Shown: one piece after another, positions 25,836-37,104 of the stretch
Layout: each line of letters starts with the position of its first letter
How positions within the stretch are numbered: position 1 is the stretch's first letter
Source of the DNA: Octopus sinensis
Taxonomy: Eukaryota
Reading direction: 5' to 3'
DNA: 64,000 bases
Assembly (NCBI RefSeq): GCF_006345805.1
Contig: NW_021824837.1
Span: forward strand, 9,749 to 73,748
Notes under the pieces: generated by a model
The model's database searches: none
Told to the model about the DNA's origin: nothing
Seen by the model: only the letters and a program-made list of their open reading frames with translations
Translations under genes and position numbers: made by a program

Positions 25836-26310
25836 GGCGAGCTGGCAGAAACGTTAGCTCGCCGGGTGAAATGCTTTGCAGTATTTCGTCTGCCGTTACG
25901 TTCTGAGTTCAAATTCCGCCGAGGTCGACTTTGCCTTTCATCCTTTCGGAGTCGATTAAATAAGTACCAGTTACGCACTGGGGTCGATATAATCGACTTA
26001 ATCTGTTTATCTGTCCTTGTTTATCCCCTCTGTGTTTAGCCCCTTGTGAGTAGTAAAGAAATAGGTATTTCGAATGTCGAAGGCGGCGAGCTGGCAGAAA
26101 CGTTAGCACGTCGGGTGAAATGCTTTGCGGTATTTCGTCTGCCGTACGTTCTGAGTTCAAATTCCGCTGAGGTCGATTTTGCCTTTCATCCTTTTGGAGT
26201 CGATTAAATAAGTACCAGTTACGCACTGGGGTCGATGTAATCGACTTAATCCGTTTGTCTGTCCTTGTTCGTCCTCTCTGTGTGTAGCCCCTTGTGGGCA
26301 GTAAAGAAAT
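25836..26310 (+). mobile_element. Tandem pair of SINE family B copies inserted into the head of a SINE A (26320-26412)
   Basis: ATAAGTG(C/T)TATAGGTGCAGGCG at 25818-25839 and 26309-26330 flanks the pair as a 22-bp TSD-like duplication. Confidence 0.88.
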
Positions 26311-26552
26311 AAGTGTTATAGGTGCAGGCGTGGCTGGGTGGTAAGAAGCTTGCTTCCCAACCACGTGGTTCCGAGTTCAGTCCCATTGCGTGGCGGCACC
26401 TTGGGCAAGTGTGAAAGATAAGAGATGAAAAGTAAATACAGAAATGATCAATCTTCATTACTTTATCGTTTTATTGTCTCTAAACGCTTAATTTTATCCT
26501 TCATTCTGTTTTGCATTTTCTTCCTCAGAATCTGACCAAGAAGACAGAGTTC

Positions 26553-27018
26553 TAATGACATGCATAAAATCTGGTCATCAAATCTAAGTAGAGACTTCAA
26601 ACTTGAAATATTCAAAGCCACAGTCGAACCAATTCTACTATATGGCTCAGAAACATGGACGTTATCAAAGAAGCTTGAGAGGCAGTTGGATGGAACCTAC
26701 ACTCGTAGAAGCGCCATCCAACCAAAATGCAAATATATGGGAAGCTACCACCTGTGTCATCTCTTGTTAAAGGTAGGAGAGTCCAGTTTGCTGGACATTG
26801 TTGTAGAGCTGAAAAAGAAGTAATTTCTACTCTTCTCTTCTGGGAGCCATCTACTCGCAATACCAGAGGACGCACACTCTCCTACCCTGATGTAATCTCC
26901 AGGGATACAGGCATCCAGCAACAGGACCTCCGTAATGCCATGATGGACCGTGAAGTCTGGCGTAGCATGGTAAATTCCATTGTCTCGACCACGGTCGAAC
27001 AATGATGAATGATGATGA
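26553..27018 (+). mobile_element. 5'-truncated RTE-clade LINE: ORF2 C-terminus with internal deletion and (TGA)n tail
   Basis: Reads MHKIWSSNLSRDFKLEIFKATVEPILLYGSETWTLSKKLERQLDGTYTR / KRHPTKMQIYGKLPPVSSLVKGRRVQFAGHCCR...MMDREVWRSMVNSIVSTTVEQ*. The LLYGSETW, RRxxFAGH and DRxxWR motifs are typical of RTE. Confidence 0.92.
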
Positions 27019-27459
27019 GAGTTGTAATATATTGTCAACCTGTTTCTATAAACTTGTTATACCACATCACTTATAGCCAAGCTGATTGGTTAGGGTTGGA
27101 CTGAGTAACACAGGTCTGTTTCTTTGCTTCTGTATTTTGTATTTTGATTATAATTGTATTTGTCTATGACTAAATATATAGGTTTAATTTTGCCAGTAAA
27201 CTGCAGAAAATAACACGTTGTTTTAGGTGAGCATTCTCACACAGTCTGAAATGACTGTAGGATCTTACGAATGACTTATTTAAATAATCAGCCGAGGAGA
27301 CGGATTTTGCATCTTGCATGGATGGTAATGATTACATAACATCTCATCAATGTACTACGAGTGTAAAATGGGCCGAAACAACTGTAGTGATTTACAACGT
27401 CATTTATTCCCTTTTCTATCATACATATATGTGTGTGTGCACGAGTGAAAGTGTGTATG

Positions 27460-28010
27460 TATGTGTGTGTGTGAGTGTGTGTATTTGTCGCCACTATCAC
27501 TTCTTATGTGGGTTGTTTGCATCCCGTTTCCCTCACGATTCGGCAAAAGAGACGATAGAATAAGTACCAAATTTTAAAATAAGTACTTGGGGTCGTTTAT
27601 TTGACTAAACCAGGGCTGGCCAGCCTGAGGTCCGCGGGCCGGATGTAGCCCGCAGATTTTTATTTTGCAGCCCGCTTCACACTTTCTTGAAATGGGTTTA
27701 TTTTAACAAACATTTTAAAATGTTTATCAAAACTTAAAGATTGTAATGAAAAGTGGCAATAATGGGGCAATAAAGCAAAGGCCTACAATTTTATAATTTT
27801 AAACAAACGAAAAGTATGAAAAATTCTGGTTCTATAATTTGCTTATTTGACCATTAATGCATAAAGTATACAAGCGGCCCTCAAAAAACTTTCTGTGATT
27901 ATAATAGCCGGCAATGTATTTCGAGTTGGCCAGGCCTGGGCCAGACCCTTCAAGTCGGTATCCAGTCATGGATGTACAATTCAATGATTGAAAATATATC
28001 AAAGAGTAAA
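27460..28010 (+). mobile_element. Degenerate SINE A-type 3' half interrupted by a MITE
   Basis: ggcaaaagagacgatagaataagtacc...ggggtcgttt.tttgactaaac resumes after the MITE as ccttcaagtcggtatccagtcatgg. Confidence 0.7.
27611..27938. mobile_element. hAT (Charlie-like) MITE
   Basis: TIRs CAGGGCTGGCCAGC and GTTGGCCAGGCCTG; subterminal gcgggccggatg..gcccgc and gcggccc; decayed 8-bp TSD GACTAAAC / GGCCAGAC. Confidence 0.75.
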
Positions 28011-29610
28011 AATTATCAACTGCCTCTATGTGGTCACTCGACCTGCAAGAAATAGCTGCCATGGAAATGGACATGATGCATTATGTGACTCTGGGTTGCC
28101 TGTACATAGGAAAATACAGAATGGTCACCGTTGCAATGCTTTTGATTATATTTACCAGTGTAACTAATTGGTTAAAGTAGGACTGGGTAATACTGGACTC
28201 ACTTGATATGACTGCTTAACCTGAGAGTGGATGTGTCACCCTAATTGGTACACCATCGGCGGTCATCCTGTTTTTAGTCACCCATTTCTTGCAGGAAATC
28301 TACCAACCAGCAATGAAGCCGAATCCTATTAATTTATGCCATTTCAATTATACGCCATGACCAAATGTGTTGAAAAGTTCGCTAAGCCTTATCCGTCAAC
28401 AATGAATGCTGCTACGGTAGTTGCTACAAATATTATTACTGCTGCTGTTGTTGCCCAGTCCAACTCTGAACGAAAAATCCCGCAGGCCTATGATCAAAGA
28501 AAAACAAATATATAAAGGATAGTTATTGTTTGATTATACTGACTGCCCCCACCACACACACACACTATTTTTTTCTCGGGTGTATTGTTTCTAGGGCTCA
28601 ATTATCCAATATGTCGTTCTTTTAAAGTCAGTAACGTGTGATCAAGGCGGTTTGACTGTTAATTCCTATATACTGGATGCATCACGCAGCGATTCCCTTG
28701 ATGGCTTGTCAACAACGATGGATAATTAACATGTTGATAGTTACACATATATACGAGCAAACATTACGTATAGTACTGCAACGAAACAAAATTGAAGGCA
28801 TTAGAATAAATAGTGAGGATTTGCGATGGACAAAACTTACCGTAGAACAGAAAGTTTGGACTAATTGTAATTAGTGAAATACTATCGTTTTGAATGACGA
28901 AATTATATATTTGTTATCAGTCAACGTGATCTTTGAATTCGAAAATAAGCCTGAAGAAGAGACGATACAAGTGACATGAGTGACATGGATTTTCAGAGTT
29001 GTTAGTGGTATGTGGTTAAGAAACTTGTCTCGTAACCTAGTGGTTCTGTGCTCGAAGCCAAATGTGTGATACTCGTAACTTAGCGGTTCGGCAAAAGAGA
29101 CCGATAGAATAAGAACTAGGCTTACACAGAATAAGCTCTGGGTCGATTTGCTCGACTAAAGGCGGTGCTCCAGCATGGCCGCAGTCAAATGACTGAAACA
29201 AATACAAGTAAAAGAAAATATTGATTATTTCGTAATAATTTTATATCCAGTCTGTAGCCAGGACTAGAGACCGGATATATGTGGTAAGAAGTTTGCTTAC
29301 ATAGACAGTTTTCAAAGGGTAAAAGACCAGCACGCGGTCAAATAATTCTGTTATACAAGTGCCTTCTTTTTGATTTTCGAAAAAAAAACAAAACAAAACA
29401 GAGAAAGAAAATGAGACAGAATCACATGACATACGCAATATACAACAATTTTGAATGAACTCAAATCAATTTTTGTTTTTATGTCAAAGAAAAAAACCCA
29501 ATAACTTGAAATACGAATTCGATATATAACTTCCGAAAGGATTTTAACCACACGCGCGCGCGCGCACTCACGCATTATACCACTACTATATATATATAGT
29601 AGATGTATAC

Positions 29611-29790
29611 TGTCAACTTAATGTGAGTCCCATGAAGGTAATCACGCTACTGTTATTTAGCCCTAGGAAGCATCAACGCTTCCTGTCAGCATTGACACAT
29701 TTCCCGTGTCCTTATGTTTACAAGGGGGAGATAAGCACCTCCAGCCAGCTAGTCTTTATTCAATACGACGATTGTTTCGAGCCATTCTGC
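29611..29790 (+). other. Unique-looking segment paralogous (inverted) to 31830-32014, with splice-like donor (29638) and acceptor (29724)
   Basis: Shared tgtcaacttaatgtg, gct.ctgttattta.ccc.a.gaa.ca.c, gtgtccttat.ttt.caag and ggagataa.cacctcca.ccagc. Confidence 0.6.
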
Positions 29791-29986
29791 AACTGTCCGT
29801 TATGGGAAGGATATTGTGCATCTGATTTTGTTGCATCAATCTGTGCAGTCAGTGTCACATCAGGTACATGCCTATATGATTGTATGATTTTAATTTTATG
29901 TGGTACTAGTGTAACCGTGCCGCCAGAAGTGACGGCGTGAAAATCATACGGAAAATAAAATTAAAATTAAAACTTTACAAACATTT

Positions 29987-30389
29987 GTAGGAGTGGCTGT
30001 GTGGTAAGTAACTTGCTAACCAACCACATGGTTCCGGGTTCAGTCCCACTGCGTGGCATCTTGGGCAAGTGTCTTCTGCTATAGCCCCGGGCCGACCAAT
30101 GCATTGTGAGTGGATTTGGTAGACGGAAACTGAAAGAAGCCTGTCGTATATATGTATATATATGTGTATGTGTGTGTGTGTTTGTGTGTCTGTGTTTGTC
30201 CCCCTAGCATTGCTTGACAACCGATGCTGGTGAGTTTACGTCCCCATAACTTAGCGGTTCGGCAAAAGAGACCGATAGAATAAGTACTGGGCTGACAAAG
30301 AATAAGTCCCATGGTCGATTTGCTCGACTAAAGGCGGTGCTCCAGCATGGCCGCAGTCAGATGACTGAAACAAGTAAAAGAGTAAAGAG
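29987..30389 (+). mobile_element. SINE family A, near full length
   Basis: Same architecture as the other A copies. Confidence 0.92.
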
Positions 30390-30837
30390 TATTTATCTCA
30401 GTAATTGCTTCAACACCAAGTATCTACTGAAAAAACCCTACCAGCAATGAGTTCGCTTTGTTTTTAGATGGTCTGTTTCAGTATTAATTAATTCTTCCAT
30501 TCTCCTCGGTCTTCTCTCTCTTCCGATTTCTCTCTTTTGTGCCGATTCCTCTTCCTTTTCATCTTGTCACCTTTGCGATGATCTCATTCGTAGCTGTTCT
30601 TTGCCTTTTTCTCTCTCTGGCTAACCGTCGTCTTCTGTCTGATTCATTCTCCATAGCAGGTGGATGAGTATATTTAATGCAACGGAACACAAACTCCAAA
30701 TCAAATGAGTGTATTTCTGTGTGGGCGGTAGTACGTTAGTTTGTTTATATTTATGTAACTATACAAAGTCCAAAATTACACAGGATTACATTAACGGTAT
30801 ACACTCAGATACTTATTTTTTTTCAGCAACGACTACG

Positions 30838-30945
30838 CGTTCTGGATCTTTTCGGCTTGAACGGTAGGTTTTTCTAGCGGTGTTATATGAAATTGTCACC
30901 CATAATTATGACCCTAGTATCGATCTATTGCATTTCAATCTTATT
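30838..30945 (+). mobile_element. Fragment of an interspersed repeat of unassigned class
   Basis: Sequence cgcgttctggatcttttcgg.ttgaacgg...gtcacccataattatgaccctagtatcgatctattgcatttcaatc is recalled as an octopus repeat; no second copy in this window. Confidence 0.35.
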
Positions 30946-31429
30946 GCGTGATTTTGGACAAGCTTACAAACATGCTCATAATTATAATAGATATTATAAT
31001 AAGATAACCACGGAAAACTGTAGCCGGTCATAACCAAAATACAGCGAGCAAGAACAACATGCCTAGGACAACTCACTATATCTAGTGGGTCATCCCCTTC
31101 TTTATGCATGTACCTAATGTTACACAGATTGATGCAACACAATTAGGGGCACAATATCCTACCCGTAACAGACAGTTTCAGGGTAGATCGAAATGATCAT
31201 CGTACTGATCATCGGTTATTATTATCTCAACTAACACTGCGGAATTCCTGACGTAGATCCAGAGGAAATATATTCCAGCCATGGATGACATCAGATAGCC
31301 CAAACTGTGAACATGCTTTACTCAACACACTAATTGACATATAGCCATGAGTCCCAAAAATTACATATACATATGAATATGTGTGTGTGCGCGTGAGCGT
31401 GTCTAGTCAATTCAAATAAACGAATAAAA

Positions 31430-31565
31430 AAAGAAAAAAAGAAAGAAAAGCAAACGAACCTGAGGACGTGCACAAGAAATGTATTAATGGAGAGAGTTTA
31501 ACGTTTCGAGCAGACCTCTTCGTCGGAATGGAGAAAGGAAAAGTCTAAAGAAGAAGAAATCGCCA
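31430..31565 (-). mobile_element. Short Penelope-like terminal-repeat element, inverted relative to 32540-32735; hammerhead-like fold at 31496-31530
   Basis: Minus strand reads CATT-CCGACGA-A-GAG-GTCTG-CTC-GAA-ACGT-T-AAAC; also shares tggcgattt and cacgtcctc with the 32.5-kb copy. Confidence 0.55.
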
Positions 31566-31829
31566 GTGTGTTTCTGTCTGTGTATCTGTGTCTGAGTGTG
31601 TGCGTGTGTTAGAATTGGTGGATAGATAGATTTATAGATAGATACATAGAGATAAACATATAGAGATAGATAAACATATAGAGATAGATACATAGAGATA
31701 AAAAAGATAAACACATAGACATATATAAATAGCTGAGATCAGTGAATGTATTTCACTTGAAATTCTATGAGTTTTCAACAGCAGATTAGCAGTGAAATCT
31801 AGCAAGGCCTCGCTACTCCAGACTGATGA

Positions 31830-32014
31830 AGTGCAATAAGCCTGGTACTTGTCTGTGAACGCTGGCTTTGCTGGATGGAGGTGTTTATCTCCCTTGCTTG
31901 AAAATATAAGGACACACAACGCTCGTGTCGCGTAGGCAACTAGAAACGGTGTTTCTTTGGGTTAAATAACAGCAGCATTCTTCCCTTACCTGGGAATGCC
32001 ACATTAAGTTGACA
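31830..32014 (-). other. Inverted paralog of 29611-29790, with splice-like donor (31989) and acceptor (31897 or 31893)
   Basis: Minus strand CCCAG|GTAAGG ... CTTATATTTTCAAG|CAAG|GGAGATAAACACCTCC. Confidence 0.6.
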
Positions 32015-32022
32015 ACAAGCCA

Positions 32023-32119
<97 letters not shown>

Positions 32120-32312
32120 GTATGTATGTATGTATGTAAGTATGTATATAAAATACAAAATGGGACAAGAACGCAAAACATCCGGTCAGTTAGGTGATAC
32201 AAATATATATATATATTCAAAGTTGGCTCTCTAATATTACGGATAAATATGAATTTGTATCCCCGGTTTTTTGTGCTAGGTCGCTTGGTGTTAAAATAAG
32301 GGTACCCTCACT

Positions 32313-32369
<57 letters not shown>

Positions 32370-32409
32370 AACATATATATGCATATGCATACATACATAC
32401 ATACATACA

Positions 32410-32445
<36 letters not shown>

Positions 32446-32448
32446 TAT

Positions 32449-32502
<54 letters not shown>

Positions 32503-32505
32503 TAT

Positions 32506-32536
<31 letters not shown>

Positions 32537-32539
32537 AAC

Positions 32540-32726
32540 CGTTGGCGATTTTTTTTCCTCTGTCTTCTTTCTCGGGATCTTTCCTTCTCCTATGTTTCCG
32601 ACGAAGAGCTCCGCTCGAAACGTTAAACCCTCCTTCTTCCCTTCTTTCCTGAGCGTCCAATAATACTATATTGTTCCACGTCCTCGCGTTGTTGTGTTTT
32701 TTTTTTTTGTGTTTTCTTGTTTGGAT

Positions 32727-32735
<9 letters not shown>
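32540..32735 (+). mobile_element. Short Penelope-like terminal-repeat element between (TA)n tracts; hammerhead-like fold at 32594-32628
   Basis: GTTT-CCGACGA-A-GAGC-TCC-GCTC-GAA-ACGT-T-AAAC. Confidence 0.55.
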
Positions 32736-32770
<35 letters not shown>

Positions 32771-33404
32771 ATATATATATAATATATGTGTATGTGTGTG
32801 GTGTGTGTGTGTGTATGTGTATATGTATATATATTCTTTCTTAAACATACACACACAAACATACATATATAAACATAAGCATAATTATGAATATACATAC
32901 ACGCACATACATATCACACTTGTGCGTGTGTTATTGTGGGTCTTGTATTCTTGTGTATGCACGACGCGCAGGCACGTGCAATATTTCACTTAAGTATGCT
33001 CATACGGCAACTACCTTTGTCGGGTCGTAAGTATTTTCTGCCGAATAATTATATTCAGGTTGGTGAAAGTGGTGGCTCTCAGCAAGAACACAGAGTCAGA
33101 GACAGAAAGGCTGATAGAGTTGAAAACAGATAAGGCTTAAGTTAGCTAACGTCTATCTCGGCAGTCAATGTGTCGCCAGCGAATGTCTGGAGCCAGCTGT
33201 CAATATCTTAGTCTCGAGTATACCTTCCCATTTCTTACCTTATTTTCCTGCAGCCTTTTATTGCATCGTTCGCCGACATTGGCCGAAACGAAATCTATAC
33301 TTAGATGAATGTATTATATGCATACACATACATGCTAATGCACACGCGCAGTGTGCGTGTGTGTGTGTGTTTGTGTGAAAGTGTTTGCACGTGTGTGTAT
33401 GTGC

Positions 33405-33437
<33 letters not shown>

Positions 33438-33867
33438 ATAATGTAATAAATAAAATATATGCATACATACATACATATATGTACGTACCTACATCTACAT
33501 GTATATATACATGCATATATAAATATATATATTTTAGTACAGGACACCACAAATAGACGTAGAACTCAACGAGAAACGAAAACATAAAAACAAGAGAACG
33601 GACTTTTTTTAACAACGAAAGAACAGAACACAGGACAAACAACACAAGGAACATTCCCCTTCATCAGCTGTCCCCGGTTCGACTCCATGCGTGTTTCGAA
33701 GGTAAGGACAGAACACGCTCACCGGACCGGTCCTTCCTGCGAGGGAATTAAATAAAATTCCCTTGCAGGAAAGAAAAAAAGGTGACATATGCATGTATAT
33801 ATACATGTAGATGTAGGTACGTACATATATGTATGTATGTATGCATATATTTTATTTATTACATTAT
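33438..33867. repeat. Perfect 81-bp inverted repeat (33438-33518 / 33787-33867) flanking a 268-bp spacer
   Basis: Base-by-base reverse complementarity checked by eye. Confidence 0.9.
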
Positions 33868-33876
33868 ATATATATA

Positions 33877-33912
<36 letters not shown>

Positions 33913-34085
33913 CGTATGTGGATACAGGACGTCACAAAACGTGGATAACATGAAATACGAAAACAAAGTTGGGTTTGCAAACAAGGAGAGAAACAAATGG
34001 AAAACAAGACAAGTAACATAAAGAACGACCATTCATCAGTTGTCGGTTGTCTATCTACACCTCATTTCGAGCATTGAACGAGAAC
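33535..34085 (-). mobile_element. Two related short elements (about 33535-33785 and 33915-34085), each starting at a (TA)n tract
   Basis: Both begin tacaggac..cacaaa..acgt.ga...a.gaaa..cgaaaaca and contain ttcatcag.tgtc..cggtt plus tttcga; class (possibly Penelope-like) is inferred. Confidence 0.5.
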
Positions 34086-34995
34086 ATATATATATAAATA
34101 TGTCTGAGTGTATACATGTTGTGTGTATGTGTGTACATAGGTGTGTATGTGTATATATATGTGTGTGTGTGTGTGTGTGAAAATATAGTTTCATGGCAAA
34201 AGGCTTCTCTTCCTTGCCGTAGAGAAGAACTCACCAACGCACGCACTCACAGACACAAATTCACGCATACACACATCACAAGCACACACATCATCTATAA
34301 TAACAAATGCCAAAACGAACTTCTCTGTGTCAGTGTGTCACATTTCGACTCCCCTCTCTCACTATTCAATGACACTTCTACTATTCTTCCGGCTGGGATG
34401 AGAGTAATAGTAGGCATAGTGACAGTGAGGGTAGTAGATTGACGGTTGTGATGGTAATGTGTTGATAGTAATAGTATGAGGTGTAGTTGTGATAGAGGAG
34501 GAGGCGATGGTGGTTGTGGTGGTGGTGGTGGTAGCCGAGGTCAGGGATGACGGTAATTGTAAGCGATATGAAAGACAGTGGTGGTGGTGATGGTGAACTG
34601 GAATCCGCCGAAGTCCAAGGTATTGATGGTGGTGGCGTCGGGAGTCTGAATGGTTTGTGTACAGCAGCTGTGGTGGCGATGGTGGTGGTGGTACTGGTGA
34701 TGGTTGAAAACATTCAACAGAAAGAGAGAGAGAGAGAGAGGGGGGAGAGAAAGAGAGAAAGGAAGAGGTTAGTCAGAAAAACTATTGCACTGAGTCCCGA
34801 ATGGGAAGACAAAAAAATGTTGTTTATCATGCAGCTTTGCAATAAGTTCCAAGTCGACAAATTATATCATTGTCTTGATGAAAATTGTTCATTGCTTGAA
34901 AAATATTGTTCAAGTTTAATAAAATTTAATACGTACTCAATGCATGAAGTATCGTTGTTGGGCTCGAGGCCCAATGAAGAGCACTCCACTGGAGC

Positions 34996-35034
34996 TAGCT
35001 TAAAAGCCGCACGATAGGGCGGCTTTTAAGCTAA
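34996..35034 (+). other. 15-bp perfect hairpin ending in CTAA|T; possible Helitron 3' terminus
   Basis: TAGCTTAAAAGCCGC-acgatagg-GCGGCTTTTAAGCTA; smaller hairpins upstream (ttgggc-tcgag-gcccaa, ctcca-c-tggag). Confidence 0.45.
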
Positions 35035-35041
35035 TTTAATA

Positions 35042-35353
35042 TGGAAGCACTCCGTCGGTTACGACGACGCGGGTTCCGGTTGAACCGAATCAACGGAACA
35101 GCCTGCTCGTGAAATTAACGTGTAAGTGGCTGAGCACTCCACAGACACGTGTACCTTTAACGTAGTTCTCGGGATATTCAGCGGGACACAAGAGAGTGAC
35201 AAGGCCGGCCCTTTGAAATACAGGTACAACAGAAACAGGAAGTAAGAGTGAGAGAAAGTTGTGGTGAAAGAGTACAGCAGGGATCACCACCATCCCTGCC
35301 GCTATCCTACGACCGCGAGTCCGCTGCCCTAACCACTGGGCCATTGCGCTTCC
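35042..35353 (-). mobile_element. SINE family C (internally deleted head region)
   Basis: Reverse complement of 62409-62790, lacking part of the 5' body. Confidence 0.9.
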
Positions 35354-35431
35354 TAATTTAATATATAAATGTGTTAAATGTGTGTGTAGATATAATGGAT
35401 AATATTCATACAGGTAATTATACGCTTAGTG

Positions 35432-35762
35432 TAGGCGCATGGCTCAGTGGTTAGAGCTTCGAGCTTACGATCGTGAGGTTGTGAGTTCGATTCCCGGACC
35501 GGGCTGCGTGTTGTGTTCTTGAGCAAGACTCTTTATTTCACGTTGCTCCAGTTAACTCAGCTGTAGAAATGAGTTGCGACATCACTGGTGCCAAGCTGTA
35601 TCGGCCTTTGTCTTTCCCTTGGATAACATCAGTGGCGTGAAGAGTGAAGGCTGGTATGCATAGGCGACTGCTGGTCTTTCACAAACGATCTTGCCCGGAC
35701 TTGTGCCTCGGAGGGTACCTTTCTAGGTGCAATACCATGGTCATTCATGACAGAAAGGAGTC
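35432..35762 (+). mobile_element. SINE family D (tRNA head plus CORE-like domain)
   Basis: A-box ggctcagtggttagag, B-box gagttcgattccc, CORE-like gtgttcttgagcaagac..tttatttcacgttgctccagt..actcagctgtagaaatgagt. Confidence 0.85.
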
Positions 35763-36552
35763 ACCCTTTTTTTTTTAATTATATGATTGATATATATTTT
35801 ATTCTGTCAATAGAAATTTAAAAACTATAGCTCTCAATAATATATGTCACACCCTGTAGCATCAACCCACTTTCATTCAAATCCTTCACTCTCGCGCTGT
35901 TTGCTATTCCGTTCACACGTACCAGATAAAAAAAACTTGTTCAGAGTAGAACATTTTACTTATTCTACTACCAGTTTGCAGTCTCTATTTGTTCTTTCGT
36001 AGTATCCAACTTTCATGTAATCTTAGCGTGACAGTAAATAAGCACACGGAACTAATAGCTACATAGTAACTGGAAATTCTGTGATGACTATCGACAGAAG
36101 TATCTCCAGAATCCATTCATTCCAATCTTTTTCCAAAATGCAAAATATCTGTAATAGGATGTTGTACTTCTTCAGAAAATAGCATACTCATTCATTCTGG
36201 AATTATTAATGGAGATGATTATGTTTTCGATACTGAACTACTCTGCTTTTAGGTTATCGCGTTATATTCCTAGCAAAATCAGTGAATTTAACAGGTAGGT
36301 AGACATTTATAACAAAATATTTTCCATTCTCAATCTTTTGAATAATCGAAATCGTGAAATTTATTTATAATTCATGAAGCATAATACAAGGATAGGAGAT
36401 ATAAGACAAAGCTTTCTTACATAACTTTAAAAAAAAAACTGGATTGCCGTGGCTGGAATGCTGTTGAATAAATGTCTGTTTGATCAGAGCTTACCTGGGA
36501 CTAAGTAATCGCAGTTACAACGGCAGCAATAGAAAGAATAAGAAAAAGATTA

Positions 36553-36625
<73 letters not shown>

Positions 36626-37104
36626 CGCGTGTGTATGCGTGAGCGAGAGAGAAACAGAGACAGAGTCGAAGACATGAGAACATAAGGTGCTTAGAAAAGA
36701 TATACGGTAAAGGTGAGAAAGACGTAAAGATACAAAGAGACAGAGAGTGAATCATCATCATCATCGTCGTCATCGTCGACATCCTCACCTTTATCATCAT
36801 CACCATCGTGGTAGTCATCATCATCGTCGTCGTCGTCGATAGAGAAGTGTATAGAATGTAACGTAGAAAGAGTGATACTGCGAGAGATATTCTAATTGTG
36901 TCGTGCTCATATGAAATATTTTTGTTAGTGTGTATAATATTCACGTATTGTGGAAACGCATGCGCATACGCCCTCGTCTTTTTGTTTTTTAACTTAGCAG
37001 TATTGGTTACAGTTAGGGAATGAATATACGTATAGTTTGTATGCTGTTTGTGTTTGTGTATATATATGCATGTATACGTGTGTGTTTTTGTATACCTGCG
37101 TGTA

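Noticed and set aside
28842-28950. Candidate minus-strand exon (ttcttcag| ... acg|gtaagt)
   Set aside because: Stops in all three frames; could be a UTR exon but cannot be supported without transcripts.
33645-34080. CTGATGA and GAAA motifs in the two short elements (minus strand)
   Set aside because: GAAA lies upstream of CTGATGA and I could not build convincing helices I and III, so these are not called hammerheads.
35432-35505. tRNA-like sequences (also at 62409, 63924, 13602 and SINE A/B heads)
   Set aside because: They have A- and B-boxes but no complete cloverleaf or acceptor stem, and run directly into SINE bodies, so they are SINE heads rather than tRNA genes.
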